Shown here piece by piece: positions 1 through 12,527 of a stretch of 64,000 nucleotides of DNA. Below the pieces are notes generated by a model that did not search any database, was not told where the DNA came from, and saw only the letters and a program-made list of their open reading frames with translations. Source of the stretch: Octopus vulgaris. Taxonomy: Eukaryota. The number at the start of each line of letters is the position of its first letter. The stretch's first letter is position 1. A program made the position numbers and the translations under genes. The stretch covers positions 38,936,001 to 39,000,000 of the forward strand of contig OX597819.1 in assembly GCA_951406725.2 (NCBI GenBank). The letters are read 5' to 3'.

Positions 1-420
1 ACCATGCTACGCCAGACTTCACAGTCCATCATAGCATTACGGAGGTCCTGTTGCTGGATGCCTGTATCCCTGGAGATTACATCAGGGTAGGAGAGTGTGC
101 GAGTAGAGGAGAAGAGTAGAAATTGCCTCGTTTTCAGCTCTACAACAATGTCCAGCATACTGGACTCCCCTACCTTTCACAAGAGACAACACATGTGGTA
201 GTTTCCCATATATTTGCATTTTGGTTGGATGACGCTTCCATGAGAGATTTTGAGCTCTCATAAGGAGGTGAGTGTAGGTTCCATCGAACCGCCTCTCAAG
301 CTTCTTTGATAACGTCCAGGTTTCTGAGCCATATAGTAGAACTGGTTCGACTGTGGCTTTGAAGATTTCAAGTCTGAAGTCTCTACTTAGATTTGATGAC
401 CAGATCTTATGCATATCATC
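1..420 (-). mobile_element. RTE-clade LINE, 3' reverse transcriptase fragment (degraded, runs off the window edge)
   Basis: ORF 82-414 has FKATVEPVLLYGSETWTL...AGHC, typical of the RTE RT C-terminus; near-identical to the copy at 43739-44135. Confidence 0.9.
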
Positions 421-485
421 CTATACTACAGCACATAAAACTACTATACTACATTGCAATTCACCCCACTATACTATGCTGCAGT

Positions 486-805
486 GAAGGCATGCGACTT
501 AGTGGTTAGGGTATTCAGCTCACAATTGCAAGTTCATGGGTTCAATTCCTGGCAGTGTGTTGTGTCCTTGAGCAGGACACTTTATTTCATGTTGCTCCAA
601 TCCACTTAACTGGCAAAAATGAGTAGTACCTGTATTTCAAAAGGCCAGCTTTGTCACACTCTGTGTCATGCTGAATCTCCCTGAGAACTACATTGAGCAT
701 ACATATGTCTGTGAAGTGCTCAACCACATGCATGATAATTTCATGAGCAGATTGTTCCATTGATCAGATCAGCTGGAACCCCTGTTGTTGTAACCAACAG
801 AATGT
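486..805 (+). mobile_element. tRNA-derived SINE with a CORE-like box
   Basis: A-box-like CGACTTAGTGG, B box GGTTCAATTCC, then TGTGTCCTTGAGCAGGACACTT. Related heads at ~9690-9830, ~32827-33080, ~38727-38995 (-) and ~60300-60800; body fragment at ~7240-7345. Confidence 0.75.
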
Positions 806-899
806 CAGAACTATGCTCCAACACTATTCTACAACATACTTTACAAAACTATATTGTGCTGCATCACTATACTGTATCGTTCACAATATTCTTTTATCT

Positions 900-1052
900 T
901 CCCACTACACTCTCGGAGTGGTTGGCATTGGGAAGGGCATCCAGCTGTAGAAACTCTGCCAGATCAGATTGGAGTCTGGTTCGCCAGACCTCAGTCAAAT
1001 CGTCCAGCCCATGCTAGCATGGAAAGCGGACGTCAAATGATGATGATGATGC
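900..1052 (+). mobile_element. Family C element (RTE-type 3' end with (GAT)n tail), 3' fragment
   Basis: GGTTGGCATTGGGAAGGGCATCCAGCTGTAGAAAC...CATGCTAGCATGGAAAGCGGACGTCAAATGATGATG; more than 15 copies in the window. Confidence 0.8.
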
Positions 1053-1383
1053 TGGGGCATCACTTTGATAGGGTTTAGTTGAACGAATCAACCTGGTACT
1101 TATTCTGTTAGTATTTTTTGATGAACTGCTATGTTATAGGGGATGGAAAGAAAGCAACACCAGTTGTCAAATGGTGGTGTGGGACAAACACAAACACATG
1201 CATAAAAATAAACACATATATATTTATAAATAATTTGCAGAAGTTACAATGTTACACAGAGGCCAAGAGTTTCATGTGTTGTATATACTAAGCCCTTGAA
1301 TAATTCTGTAACCAATTGTTAATGATATATGCACACTCATGTTTTGAGTTCTATTTTTCCTGTTTGCATCACCAAACCTACGT

Positions 1384-1438
1384 TTATATATATATATAAA
1401 TAATAAGTAATATATACATATATTTATTATGTAATATA

Positions 1439-1494
<56 letters not shown>

Positions 1495-1576
1495 TATATA
1501 TGTATATATGATATGTAATATATATATGTGTATATATGATATGTAATATATATATATATGTATATGTATATATATA
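1384..1576. repeat. (TA)n/(TG)n compound microsatellite
   Basis: Direct reading. Confidence 0.95.
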
Positions 1577-1793
1577 AAGTAGAAAACCTCGGTTTTCAAA
1601 CAACTCTGATCGCAAATAAATCGTGCTTTATATATATAGATAAATAGATATAGATACATATAAAGCACGATTTATTCGTGATCAGAGGTGTTCATACACC
1701 GAGACACTGCTGCATTAAATGAATATGAGAAAGGCAGGAGATACAGTGCAATTTATTCATGATCAAGGTTGTTCAAAAACTTAGGTTCTACAG
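1577..1793. mobile_element. pogo/Tigger-like MITE
   Basis: TA-flanked inverted ends AAGTAGAAAACCTCGGTTTTCAAACAAC... / ...GTTGTTCAAAAACTTAGGTTCTACAG, resembling CAGTAGAACCTCGG termini; an extra internal copy of the right arm at 1661-1703. Confidence 0.6.
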
Positions 1794-1856
1794 TATAATA
1801 TGTAATATATATATATAATATGTAATATATATAATATGTAATATATATATATATAT

Positions 1857-2408
1857 CATCATCATCATCATCATCATCATCGTTTAACGTCCGCTTTCCG
1901 CGCTAGCACGGGTTGGACGGTTTGACCGGGTCTGGGAAGCCAGGGGCCGCACCAGGCTCCAGTCTGAATCTGGCAGAGTTTCTACGGCTGGATGCCCTTC
2001 CTAACGCCAACCACTCCGTGAGTGGATTGGGTGCTTTTTACGTGCCACCTGCACAGGGGCCGGAGGGTCCGGCATCGTCACGATCGGTTCGAGCATTTTA
2101 ACGTGTCAGCGGCACGGGGGCAACGAGGTCCGGGGTACTTTGGGGATCCAGGGTACTTTGGGGATCCGGGGTACTTAGAATGAGTAGGGGGTATGTGGAA
2201 TTGCTGCAGAAAGCAGCCCGGGTCTTTGTAGTCACAGCATTTATCGTCACTGAGTAAGGAAGGGTTGGTGTAGGTTCCTAAGAAATAAAGACATTCGTTA
2301 TCGTCACTGAGTAACGTTATTAGGTAGAGGAAAGAATACAGATATTCTAGAGTTGAGTTGGGGAGGGGGGGTCCAGTTGAGGTGGGTAATATAGGGGAGC
2401 AACCAGTG
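1857..2408 (-). mobile_element. Young, long family C element with a GC-rich 5' extension
   Basis: (CAT)n tail at 1857-1880; CpG-rich body; ~3 x 18-bp CCGGGGTACTTTGGGGAT repeats (2129-2175); TAATATGTAATATATA-type sequence on both flanks. Confidence 0.75.
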
Positions 2409-2432
2409 ATAATATGTAATATATATAATATG

Positions 2433-2473
<41 letters not shown>

Positions 2474-2479
2474 AATAGA

Positions 2480-2940
2480 TGAGTGTATTTTTACCTTGTT
2501 AACAATTAACACGGAAATAAATAGTTACCAGGGTAGCAAAAAATCTCACAAGTAAAGAGGTTGTAACTCATTGTTTATAAAGGTAGAAACTTTGTGTTTA
2601 CGTGGAATTTTTTGTATAATATATGAATAAATAAATGGAGTTTAATGCAGGTATAAATCAAATATTTTAACTTTCGACACATGTTTCGAAAATTCCACTG
2701 ATATTATTCAAAAGAATAAATGAGTATAAACAATGCAGTCTTTTCTTCAGGAATGTGAAAAAACGAAAATCGTCAATAAGACATTTTAACAAAAAATGAT
2801 GGATTTGAATAGTGATTAACTGAACGCTATTAATATAGCAAAACATTGGCAAAAACACACCTTTAGTGCATATAAGTAATCTCTATCATTATATATAATT
2901 TAAACTTTAATTTCCTTTATATTTAACATTCACTATTAAT
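2480..2940 (-). mobile_element. Penelope-like terminal repeat fragment carrying a hammerhead motif
   Basis: Minus strand CATTC-CTGAAGA...GAAAC-ATGT-GTC-GAAAG at 2755-2671, inside a TA microsatellite. Confidence 0.6.
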
Positions 2941-2945
2941 ATGTA

Positions 2946-2981
<36 letters not shown>

Positions 2982-3419
2982 TTGTGGTAGAGGACACTTG
3001 TCTGTTCCATTCAGTGGGAATGAACACAAGACTACATAACAAGCATCTTAACCACAAAGTTATACCTGTTCCTATACCACACAACTACTACAGCACAATA
3101 CTTATCTATGCTACACACACACACATACATACACATAACACTTAACACAAAAATAGAGAGGAAACTAGTATATCTCAAGGTAATCTCTCACACTACATAA
3201 TTTCTTACATCCCTATCTCTCCATTTCCTTACAATAATAAAAGTATCAACCAAGTAAAATCTCAAAACTTGTATTCTTGTAATTCTTATCACTATAATCA
3301 ACAGCCAAATTATATCCTACAACCAACCATTAGCATAGAATCTAGAAGAAAAAATATAAAAACATAGACTGTGCTGCAGAAATGGTATAAACAAAGAGTA
3401 TTGGAACATATGTACTGTT

Positions 3420-3630
3420 GATATTTAGCCCCGAGTCAGCTCAAATCTAGCAAACCTATGATCAAAGATGTTCTAACAGTGACCACTGCATCTCTTTGTA
3501 TATTTATGATTACTTTGTTCAATATATCTTTTTGTATATTTTTTAAGATAATAGGGTAAAATAGAAGGGATGTTTGGGTACTATTTCTAGCAGATTGAGT
3601 GACCATGTAAAAGATTCCATTGTTAATCTG
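3420..3630. repeat. Interspersed repeat family (TTAGCCCC...CCTATGATCAAAG...TATTTCTAGCAG), class uncertain
   Basis: Diverged copies at ~35440-35620, ~45320-45370, ~50130-50215, ~55890-56110 and ~62170-62330. Confidence 0.6.
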
Positions 3631-3686
3631 GTGACACAGTTGTTGTCAGCTGTTCTGGAATAGGTCAACATACTCTGCTTCTTTGC

Positions 3687-3940
3687 CTCAACACAACTTG
3701 TCTGACTCAACACAACTTGTCTGACTCAACACAACTTGTCTGACTCAACACATCTGGCCTGTCTGTCTCAACACAGATGACTTGCATGTCTGAAAACACA
3801 TTTCGCGTGTCTTTGTCAACACACATGGCTTGTCTATCTTAACATAGACAGCTTGCCTCAACACACATAGCTTATTTTTCCTAACTCATGTGCCTGCCTG
3901 AGTAGACACACTTCGCTTGCATCAAAGCATGTTTCTAAAC
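3687..3940. repeat. 19-bp minisatellite CTCAACACAACTTGTCTGA x3, then degenerate ~24-bp units
   Basis: Perfect units start at 3687, 3706 and 3725. Confidence 0.9.
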
Positions 3941-4189
3941 AGGTGTGCTGTGAAAGTAGGTCAGTAGTGAGAATGTGTGTGTAGCAGGTGAATGTATGAG
4001 TATATGGAGGAATGTGTGTGCACATGTGTGCACATATGTCTATATGCATGAATGCACAAGTGTAAATGAATATTAGTGTATGAGTGCATAAATGTGCATC
4101 TATGCACAGGAACACAAACATGCATTTATATATGTATGTGTGCATAAACTATACATTAAGTTTATGCATAAGTGCAAAACTGCACAAAT

Positions 4190-4650
4190 CATCATCATCA
4201 TTTAACGTCCGTTACCTATGCTGGCATAAGTTAGACAGTTTGACCAGGGCTGGCAAGCTGGAAGGCTGCACCAAACTCCAGTCTGATTTAGCATGTTTTC
4301 TATGGCTGGATGCCCTTCTTAATGCCAACCACTCCAAAAGTGTAATAGGTGCTTTTCTGCTTTTATGTGCTACCAGCATGAGTGCCATTTGTGTGACACT
4401 GGTATCTGCCATGACTGTGATTTTGCTTGGCTTGATGGGTCTTCTTCTCAAGCACAAAATAATGCCAAAAGTCTCAGTCACTGCCTCCATGAGGGCCAAC
4501 ACTCAAAAGGAACACGGCCATTTTGCTTTCATGGAGCCCAACACTCAAAAGGAACTTGCCTCCGTGGGGCCCAGTGCTTAAAAGGAACTCAGCCACTTTG
4601 CCTCTGTGAGGCCCAACGGTCAAAAGGAGCTCAGCCACTTTGCCTCTTTG
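4190..4650 (-). mobile_element. Family C element with a ~40-bp tandem array at its distal end
   Basis: CATCATCATTTAACGTCC tail; about 4 units of GCCCAACACTCAAAAGGAAC at 4470-4650. Confidence 0.75.
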
Positions 4651-5059
4651 CCTGCTATAAATCTTCTGTCTTAAACTGTTGAGTTTATATACTGCAGGCA
4701 TAAACACTTGTGTGTGTGTATGTTTGAGTGAATAAGTATATATATGCATGTGCATATGATAGCTATAATATATCATAAATGTTTATAGTATTTCAGGCTG
4801 AGATAATTTTCTGACAGATTAGAATTTCAGATTGTCATATCTACCGAAGAAGAATTCATAAAAATACTGGAAATAAATTTATTTCATGGCATTAATCTCC
4901 AGTTAGATGGTGTAAATCTGGTGTTCTCCATCTTGCAAGTAGAAAAACTCCAGCTTAAGATTTACTGCCGCTTCATGGAAATATTGCAACTTGGAGCATG
5001 AATGTATTAGAGTGTTTAGAAGAATTAAGACTAATGTCTGCATATAAGTATATAATGTC

Positions 5060-5393
5060 TGTATATATATAACATATATAATACATATACATATATATAT
5101 ATACACATATATAATACATACACATATATATATACACATATATAATACATACACATATATATATATACACATATATAATACATACACATATATATATACA
5201 TATATAACACATACATATATATATACATATATAATACATATATATATACACATATATAATACATACATATATATAATATACATATATAATACATACATAT
5301 ATAATACATACATATATAATACATACATATATAGTACATACATATATAGTACATACATATATAGTACATACATATATAGTACATACATATATA

Positions 5394-5440
<47 letters not shown>

Positions 5441-5505
5441 TACATACACACATATATATATATATATATACACATATATACATACACACATATATATATA
5501 GAGAG

Positions 5506-5549
<44 letters not shown>

Positions 5550-5600
5550 GTGTGTATATATGTATGTATGTATGTATGTATATATGTTTATGTATGAAGT
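5060..5600. repeat. Compound microsatellite (ATAC/ATAT, 20-bp higher-order unit, (GATA)n)
   Basis: Direct reading; source of the YMYVL-type spurious ORFs. Confidence 0.95.
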
Positions 5601-6139
5601 ACTGAAGAACGACCTCAGGATGCTGAACCTTTCAGGCAAGCTGACAAAGGGCTGAGATTCCTGGTGCCTTGCTGTACACAAGAAGACCTGTACCCTGCAG
5701 CAGAAGTTTAAAACCAGTCCCTCTGGTTGTGTAAAGCACTCATGATGGTGCCATGTAAAGCACTTATGCAGTTCCCCACATGAATGTGCCCATACAGTGC
5801 CACTTAAAAGCACCAATGCAGTGGTCATGTAAAAGCACCCAGCACACTCTGTAAAGTAGTTGGTGGTAGGAAGGACATCCAGCCATAGAAACCATGTTAA
5901 ATCAAACTGGAGTCTGATGCAGCTCCCCAACTGGTCAAACTGTCCAGCCCATACCAGCATGGCCAACAGACATATATACAAATAGATACACACACTCACT
6001 CATATACATACATACAAACATAATTATTTAATCAATTGATACATACATAATGTATTATGATTCCTTGGAGCCACAGTGGTATCAATGGCCAGATATTAGA
6101 ACTCAATATACTTGTTTTTATGCTCAGTTATAATAAAAA

Positions 6140-6409
6140 TGTGGAGGCACATGGCCTAGTGGTTAGAGCAGCTGAATTGCGGTCGAGGGATCGCGGGTTC
6201 AAATCTCAGGCTGGGTGATGTGTGCGCTTATGAGTGAAACACCTAAGCTTCACGTAGCTCCATCAGAAGGTAATGGCAAACTTCTGCTGACTCTTTCGCC
6301 ACAACTTTCTCTCACTCTTTCTTCTTGCATCTTGCAGCTCACCTGTGATGGACCGGCGTCCCATCCAGGTGGGGAACCTATATGCCAAGGAAACCGGGAA
6401 ACCAGTCCT
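6140..6409 (+). mobile_element. tRNA-derived SINE (OR-type-like), 3'-truncated by the adjacent SINE
   Basis: A box TGGCCTAGTGG, B box GGTTCAAATCT, GATGGACCGGCGTCCCATCCAGG 3' block; same family on minus at ~17245-17535. Confidence 0.8.
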
Positions 6410-6740
6410 TGTGGAGGTGCAATGGCCCAGTGGTTAGGGCAGCGGACTTGTGGTTGGAGGATCGCGGTTTCGATTCCCAGACCGGGTGTTGTGTGTGTTT
6501 ATTGAGCGAAAACACCTAAAAGCTCCATGAGGCACTGGCAGGGGGTGGTGGCGACCCCTGTTGTACTCTTTCGCCCCAACTTTCTCTCACTCTCTCTTCC
6601 TGTTTCTTGAGTAACACTGCAATGGACTGGCATCCCGTCCAGCTGGGGGTGGGGAACACATACGCCATAGAAATCGAGAAACCGGGCCCATGAGTCTGGA
6701 TAGGCTTGAAAAGGGCACATAAATAAAATAAATAAAATAT
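6410..6740 (+). mobile_element. Related tRNA-derived SINE, full length with A-rich tail
   Basis: A box TGGCCCAGTGG, B box GTTTCGATTCC, AAAT-repeat tail. Confidence 0.8.
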
Positions 6741-6742
6741 AA

Positions 6743-6996
6743 TAAAAACAATTTTACATTGACCTGATAAGTTATAGTATACTTTTGTAGAGTACAAATT
6801 TATTATTCTTAAACAAGAATGTTGTTGATAGTGACTTTGAAGTTTTGGCCAGCTAATCTATTACTGGACTACTCGACAATGGCTTAACTGGAAAAAACTT
6901 TGAAGTCGCTATCAACAACATTCTTGCTTAAGAATGATAAATTTGTATTCTACAAAAGTGTACAGTAACCAATCAGATTAATGTAAAATTGTTTTA
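6743..6996. repeat. Foldback palindrome, arms of ~113 bp
   Basis: 6743-6856 is the diverged reverse complement of 6884-6996, e.g. AAGAATGTTGTTGATAG / CTATCAACAACATTCTT. Confidence 0.9.
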
Positions 6997-7373
6997 TAAT
7001 AACTGAACATAAAAACAATCTTTATGGATGCAACATTACCAGCAGTTAAGAAATTTGAATTGCTTCAGTCCCATTGCATAACATCTTGGGTAAATATTAT
7101 TTACCATAGACCCCTTGGGTCAATTCAAGCCCTGTTAACGGAACCTGAGTAGTTGGAAACTGTAAGGATGCACGCATTTTTTAAGCATCCAGTCTTAACA
7201 CATACTGTATTATTGCGATTCTGCTTGATAATTACATTAAGTGAGCATATGTCTGAGGGGTACTCAGCCACTTGCATGCTAATTCAATCTGTAGTTAATC
7301 CAGCTGATCAAGCAACAGAATATTCATCATCAAAATTGATGGAGATCCATTTACATATGTATATATTTATGAA

Positions 7374-8029
7374 TGAATTTAATCTTATATACGCATCGCT
7401 GTAGCATACCAGCAAAAGGTTCTTACTGTTTGTATATAGTCTTCGATTGGCAATTCAGTTCATCCCTGGTTCGATTCAGGTCTGTGATGTTGATAAACTA
7501 CAAAAATGGTGAAATATCCAGTATCTATCACTTCTGAATGGTACTGGAGGCAAGTTGTTTTGCCTGTCCATGGCTTTCAGATATTTTAACACCCAGTGCC
7601 GTGAGGGAGTCACTCCAAAGTGCAATACCACAGCAAACCAGCAAATAAGCAAAATACATACACTAAATATGTGCAGCTGATAATGTTTACAACATTAATT
7701 GCTTTTACTTCACAACTGAATTTAATCTGATATATGCATTGCTGTGGCATACCAGCAAATGGTTCTTACACTATCTATATAGAATCATAAACTGGCAATT
7801 TGATTTGCACTCCCAGTTTGATTCAGGTATGTGATGTTGATAAGCCACAAAGATGGTGAAATATCAGTATCCATCACTCCTGAATGGTACTGGAAGTGAG
7901 TTATTTTGCCTGTTCATGGCATTCAGGGGTTTTAACACCTAGAGCTATGAGAGAGTTGCCCCAAAGTGGTACACCCCAGCAAACTAGCAAACAAGCAAAA
8001 CAAATACTTTTAGAATGTGCAGTCAATAA

Positions 8030-8030
<1 letters not shown>
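7374..8030. repeat. Old tandem duplication, period ~344 bp
   Basis: TGAATTTAATCT...GCATACCAGCAAA...TGAATGGTACTGGA occurs from 7374 and again from 7718. Confidence 0.85.
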
Positions 8031-8062
<32 letters not shown>

Positions 8063-8204
8063 TATTTTTATCCAAAATAGAGAGGAACACCATTCTTCCA
8101 TGTAATCAGCTTCAAAAATCGTTAAGACATTAAGATATTTTTCTATTTTTCTTAACATGAAACCAATGGTAGCCTTAATACACAAACAAAGAAATTCTAT
8201 CTAT

Positions 8205-8775
8205 CAAACCAAATTCGATGATTGGTACCCATGCCAACCTTCCTTCATTGGACACTAAACTCTGCTTGTGAAGACCTGTTCGGGCAAGTGAAATTGAAAT
8301 TGAACCAAATTCGATGACTGGCATCTGTGCCGGTGGAGCACTAACAGCTCCATCTGAGCGGGATCACTGCCAGGGCAGCTGTCTGGCTTCCATGCCAGTG
8401 GCATGTAAAAAGCACCATTTGAGTGTGATCGTTACCAGCATCGCTTTACTGACACTTGTGCTGGTGGTACATGAACAAAACAGTCGAGCAAGGTTGTTGC
8501 CAGTGCCACTGTACTGACTCCTGTGCAGGTGGCACATAAAAAAAACACCATTTGAGAGTGGCCATTGCCAGTACCACCTGACTGGCCCTCATGCTGGTGG
8601 CACTTAAAGCACCCACTACACTCTTGGAGTGGTTGGCATTAGGAAGGGCATCCAGCTGTAGAAACTCTGCCAGAACAGATTGGAGCCTGGTGCAGCCATC
8701 TGGCTTGCCAGTCCTCAGTCAAACCATCCAACCCATGCTAGCATGGAAAGCAGACACTAAATGACGATGATGATG
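8205..8775 (+). mobile_element. Long family C element with internal ~60-bp GGTGGCACGTAAAAAGCACC modules
   Basis: About 5 modules, then the GGAAGGGCATCCAGCTGTAG 3' end and GAT tail. Further copies: 11693-12112 (-), 24932-25285 (-), 25871-26180 (-), 29432-29745 (+), 49875-50128 (+), 54750-54905 (+), 56890-57297 (+), 58116-58252 (-). Confidence 0.8.
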
Positions 8776-10028
8776 GTGAATGTGGTGTTGAGCACTCATT
8801 TTCATCATCTGACACACACACACACATATATATGTGTGTATTAAATGATAGCAGTGAAGCAGATATATATCTTCATTGCTATCATTTCAAAGAAGCTATA
8901 TGGTAAAGCATTTTAACAAACTTTCATTACAATACGTTATTGTATAACTCTGTGGTTTGGTATCGATCCACTCTTATATAATATATATCGTTTCTGTTGA
9001 CTCTCTTGTGTCATGGCTGTTTCTATCTTCCACTTCTTCCTTCACCAACACACACACACACACACACACAGATATCACAGAGAGATATCACAGACAGATA
9101 TCACAGACACATACATAAAAATTCCCTGTAGGCCTGACTTTATTGTTCAACTAGCCAATCAATCATGTTTTAATGTATGTGTATTTCTGTGTACATGTAT
9201 GTAAATGAGTATTTTTCATGTGTGTGTGCGTGTGTGTGTGAGTGCATGTGTGTGCATACAAGTGCGTTTATATATCTTCCTCTAATATGCGCTGTATTAG
9301 TTAGGACTGAGACATGTGGATGAATGTGGCATATCAAACCTATCTGACATATTCCACCCATACTTCTAAGGAAAAATTAATGCCAAAATACTTTTTGTGT
9401 GTGTGTGTGTGTGCATACGTCTCTCTCTCTCTCTCTCTTTCTCTCTCTATATATATACATATCATCATCATCATCATCCTCATTATCATTTGTATGTGTA
9501 TGTGAATTTTAGATATGAATGGAGAAGACCTGGCTGTATGGCTAAGAAGTTTATTTTTCAACCACGTGGTTTCATGTTCAATCCATATGCACATCTTCTA
9601 ATATAGCCTGAAGCTGAATAAAGCCTTATTAGTGTATTTGGCAGATGGAAACTGAAGGAAGCCTTAGTGTGTGAGTGTGTGTGTGTGTGAAGGCACATGG
9701 AGTAGTGGTTAGGGAAATGGACTCATGATTCTAAGGTCATGGGCTCAATTCCTGGACCTGGCAGTCCATTGAACAAAGCCCATCATTTTACATTGCTCCA
9801 GTTGACTCAGCTGCAGAAAATGAGCACCAGTTGACTGCAGATGCAATTCTCCCTCTCTCGCTCTCCTTCAGCAGTCATATCCTTGATGTTCCACTTGATC
9901 AGGTGTAAGAGGGCCAAGATTGTTTTCTACATCTGCTCATGATTATATAGGCATCTAAGCAATGAGTGAAAGCATGGTACAACCTGATGTCATGCTTGCT
10001 TGCAAATTTGCAATGGCTAAATGTATGT

Positions 10029-10059
<31 letters not shown>

Positions 10060-12186
10060 GGGAGAGAGAGGGGACAGAAAGAGAGGGAACAGAGAGAGGG
10101 GAGAGAGAGTAAGAGAGTGCATGTATGTGAGTGTTTTTGTGCAGTGCATGTGTGTGAATCTATTTGAGTGTACATATATTTATTTAATCCTCTGCATATC
10201 AACCCACCTGAGACCAATTCTGCTTATGGTTCTATAACACAAATCCAGCTTGCTTTAAAATCTTCATATTTAAATTAAAACCTTCCAGCTTAATTGCATT
10301 TTGTCATGTTACAAGCATCAACTTATCCCCTTCAAGTTCTCAGTGGTTTATAAAATGAAGTGAAACACTTTGGTGGTTTATTTCAATAAAAATATAGTCA
10401 CCAAAGAATTAACGAAAGCTTTATCTACAGACATATTTATGCATTATTCTGCTTAAGTCTTTTTCTGGTTCCTTAGAGATTATTTCATTTCCAAAGTATT
10501 TGGTAAGTACAAGAACGAATTGTTCTGTTGCTTATTTCACAACAAATAGCTCTGGGAATATTTGACCACAAGACTGCTAAGAATTAGCAAACAACTGTCT
10601 CAACAATCCAGTCAGTTCAACCTTGTATTCAAAAATGCCAATCCTCTCATAAAGTCTATATCATTTTATTGATCCTGAACAAAAGGTTAACCTGACCAAG
10701 CCAGGATTTCAACAATAATCTTCATATCATATAACGGTCAATGAAATGTAAAGCCTAAGCTTTACTGATGAGTTCATAATAATAACAAAATATGATCAGA
10801 GTTGTTTCCCATACTTTTCCAAATGGCTTAAAATATTAGACTCTCAATTATAAATTTTTCTATCAGCACCACCAACTCTACATTCACTTGTCAATGCAAT
10901 CATTTATTTGGTTTTTCTTTTCTATTTTTTTATTTTGTTGAAGTAGTGCTTTATGGCCAAATGCTCTTCTAATTGCTTTGCATGGCAATACAGATATAGT
11001 ACATCTATGCTAAAACCAGTATACAAATGATAAGGCTGTTCTACTACACTGTATAACTATTTCAATATAGCATTTAAACGTTCCCCACGTTACATATGTT
11101 AACACAGCGTTAACTATTATTTTCAGTGCAGATGGCATCCCTGAGTTATCAATGTAATGCTTTTGAGTTTTACTAAATATAACTACATTTATGCATTGCT
11201 CTATGATGCCACAATCTGACTAGAAGAGAAAAGACTGAAGCTGCTGAATGTCTGACTCTTTCATATCATGGAAGAAATGTTGGTCGTAAAGTTCATACAC
11301 TTCCAAAAGGAAATTAAAGATTCAAGAAAAATAAACTGCCAATCTGTGTGAATCAGTAATAAATCTATAATGTGTAGTTGACCCAAAGTCAAATTTGGTA
11401 GACAGTGTCAGTGGGAAAGACGTTTGAACAGATTCGCACCCCTGTTCATGTTCTTAGGTAGCAAAGTTAATTCACTTTCTGATTTAACACCACCACCACT
11501 ACCACTACCACCAACACAACCTTTGACTGGTCCTTGGGTGCATTTAGTACACTCTGTTGCAAATATATAGGCCAGATCTCTGATTTGATGATAACTCTGC
11601 TCTCTTTCTCTCCCCACTACAAGTCTACCCTACTCTTCTGAATAAACATTAAAATTTTAGAAAATAATGATTCTATAACTTCAGTATATTTCATCATCAG
11701 CATCATCATCGTTTAACGTCTACTTTCCATGCTAGCATGGGTTGGACGGCTCAACTGGGATCTGGGAAGCCAGGAGGCTGCACCAGGCCCAGTCTGATCT
11801 GGCAGTGTTTCTACAGTTGGATGCCCTTCCTAATGCCAACCACTCCGTAAGTGTAGTGGGTGCTTTTTACGTGCCAGGCGAGGCTGGCAATGGCCATGAT
11901 CGGATGGTGCTTTTTATGTGCCACCGGCACGGAGGTCAGTCGGGGCGGTGCTGGCAATGGCCACGTTTGAATGGTTCTCTTGGTGGAGCTGGCAACGGCC
12001 ACGTTCGGATGGTTCTCTTAAGTGCCACCGGCACTGGTATCACAACTACAATTTCCATTGATTTTGATTGATTTCGATTTCGATTTCACTTGCCTCAACA
12101 GGTCTTCGCAAGTAGTGTATATATATCCTGTCATCCATATGGCAATAAGAGATTGCTGGCCTCACTACTCATGTGGAAGTGACAAG

Positions 12187-12320
12187 AGATTGTTGATATC
12201 ATCGCCCATGTAGCTGTGGCAACCAAAGATTGCTGATATTACCACCTATGTAGCCATGGCAACCTAAGGTTGCTGATATCACCATCCATGTAAGAGTAGC
12301 AACCAAAGATTGCTGATGCC
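12187..12320. repeat. 40-bp minisatellite, ~3.3 units
   Basis: AGATTGCTGATATCACCACCCATGTAG...GGCAACCAA units start at 12187, 12227, 12267 and 12307. Confidence 0.85.
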
Positions 12321-12527
12321 ACAGCGGCAACAACAAGATGCTAACAGCACTCCCAACCTCTGCCACTCATGAGGCCATGCTAACAACATTCCTGACACTA
12401 CCATTTCCACCAACCATGTGGCAATAGCAAGCCGTTCCACTGGCAACATAAAAGCAACAGCTGGTAAAACAAAAGACACATCTTAATCTCTTTTTAAGAC
12501 ACCTGCACTGATCAATCTGATTCTAGA

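Noticed and set aside
4903-5999. Long ORFs (172-322 aa) rich in Y/I/M/C/V
   Set aside because: Translations of stop-free AT/AC microsatellites; the same applies to 1384-1668, 13193-13745, 20310-21058 and 42564-43479.
6140-6490. tRNA genes
   Set aside because: A/B boxes are present, but the acceptor stems do not pair and each runs into a SINE body.
11408-11480. Resemblance of ELTLLPKNMNRGANLFKR to a myozenin/synaptopodin motif
   Set aside because: Too short, ends at a stop, and no supporting exons; not called.
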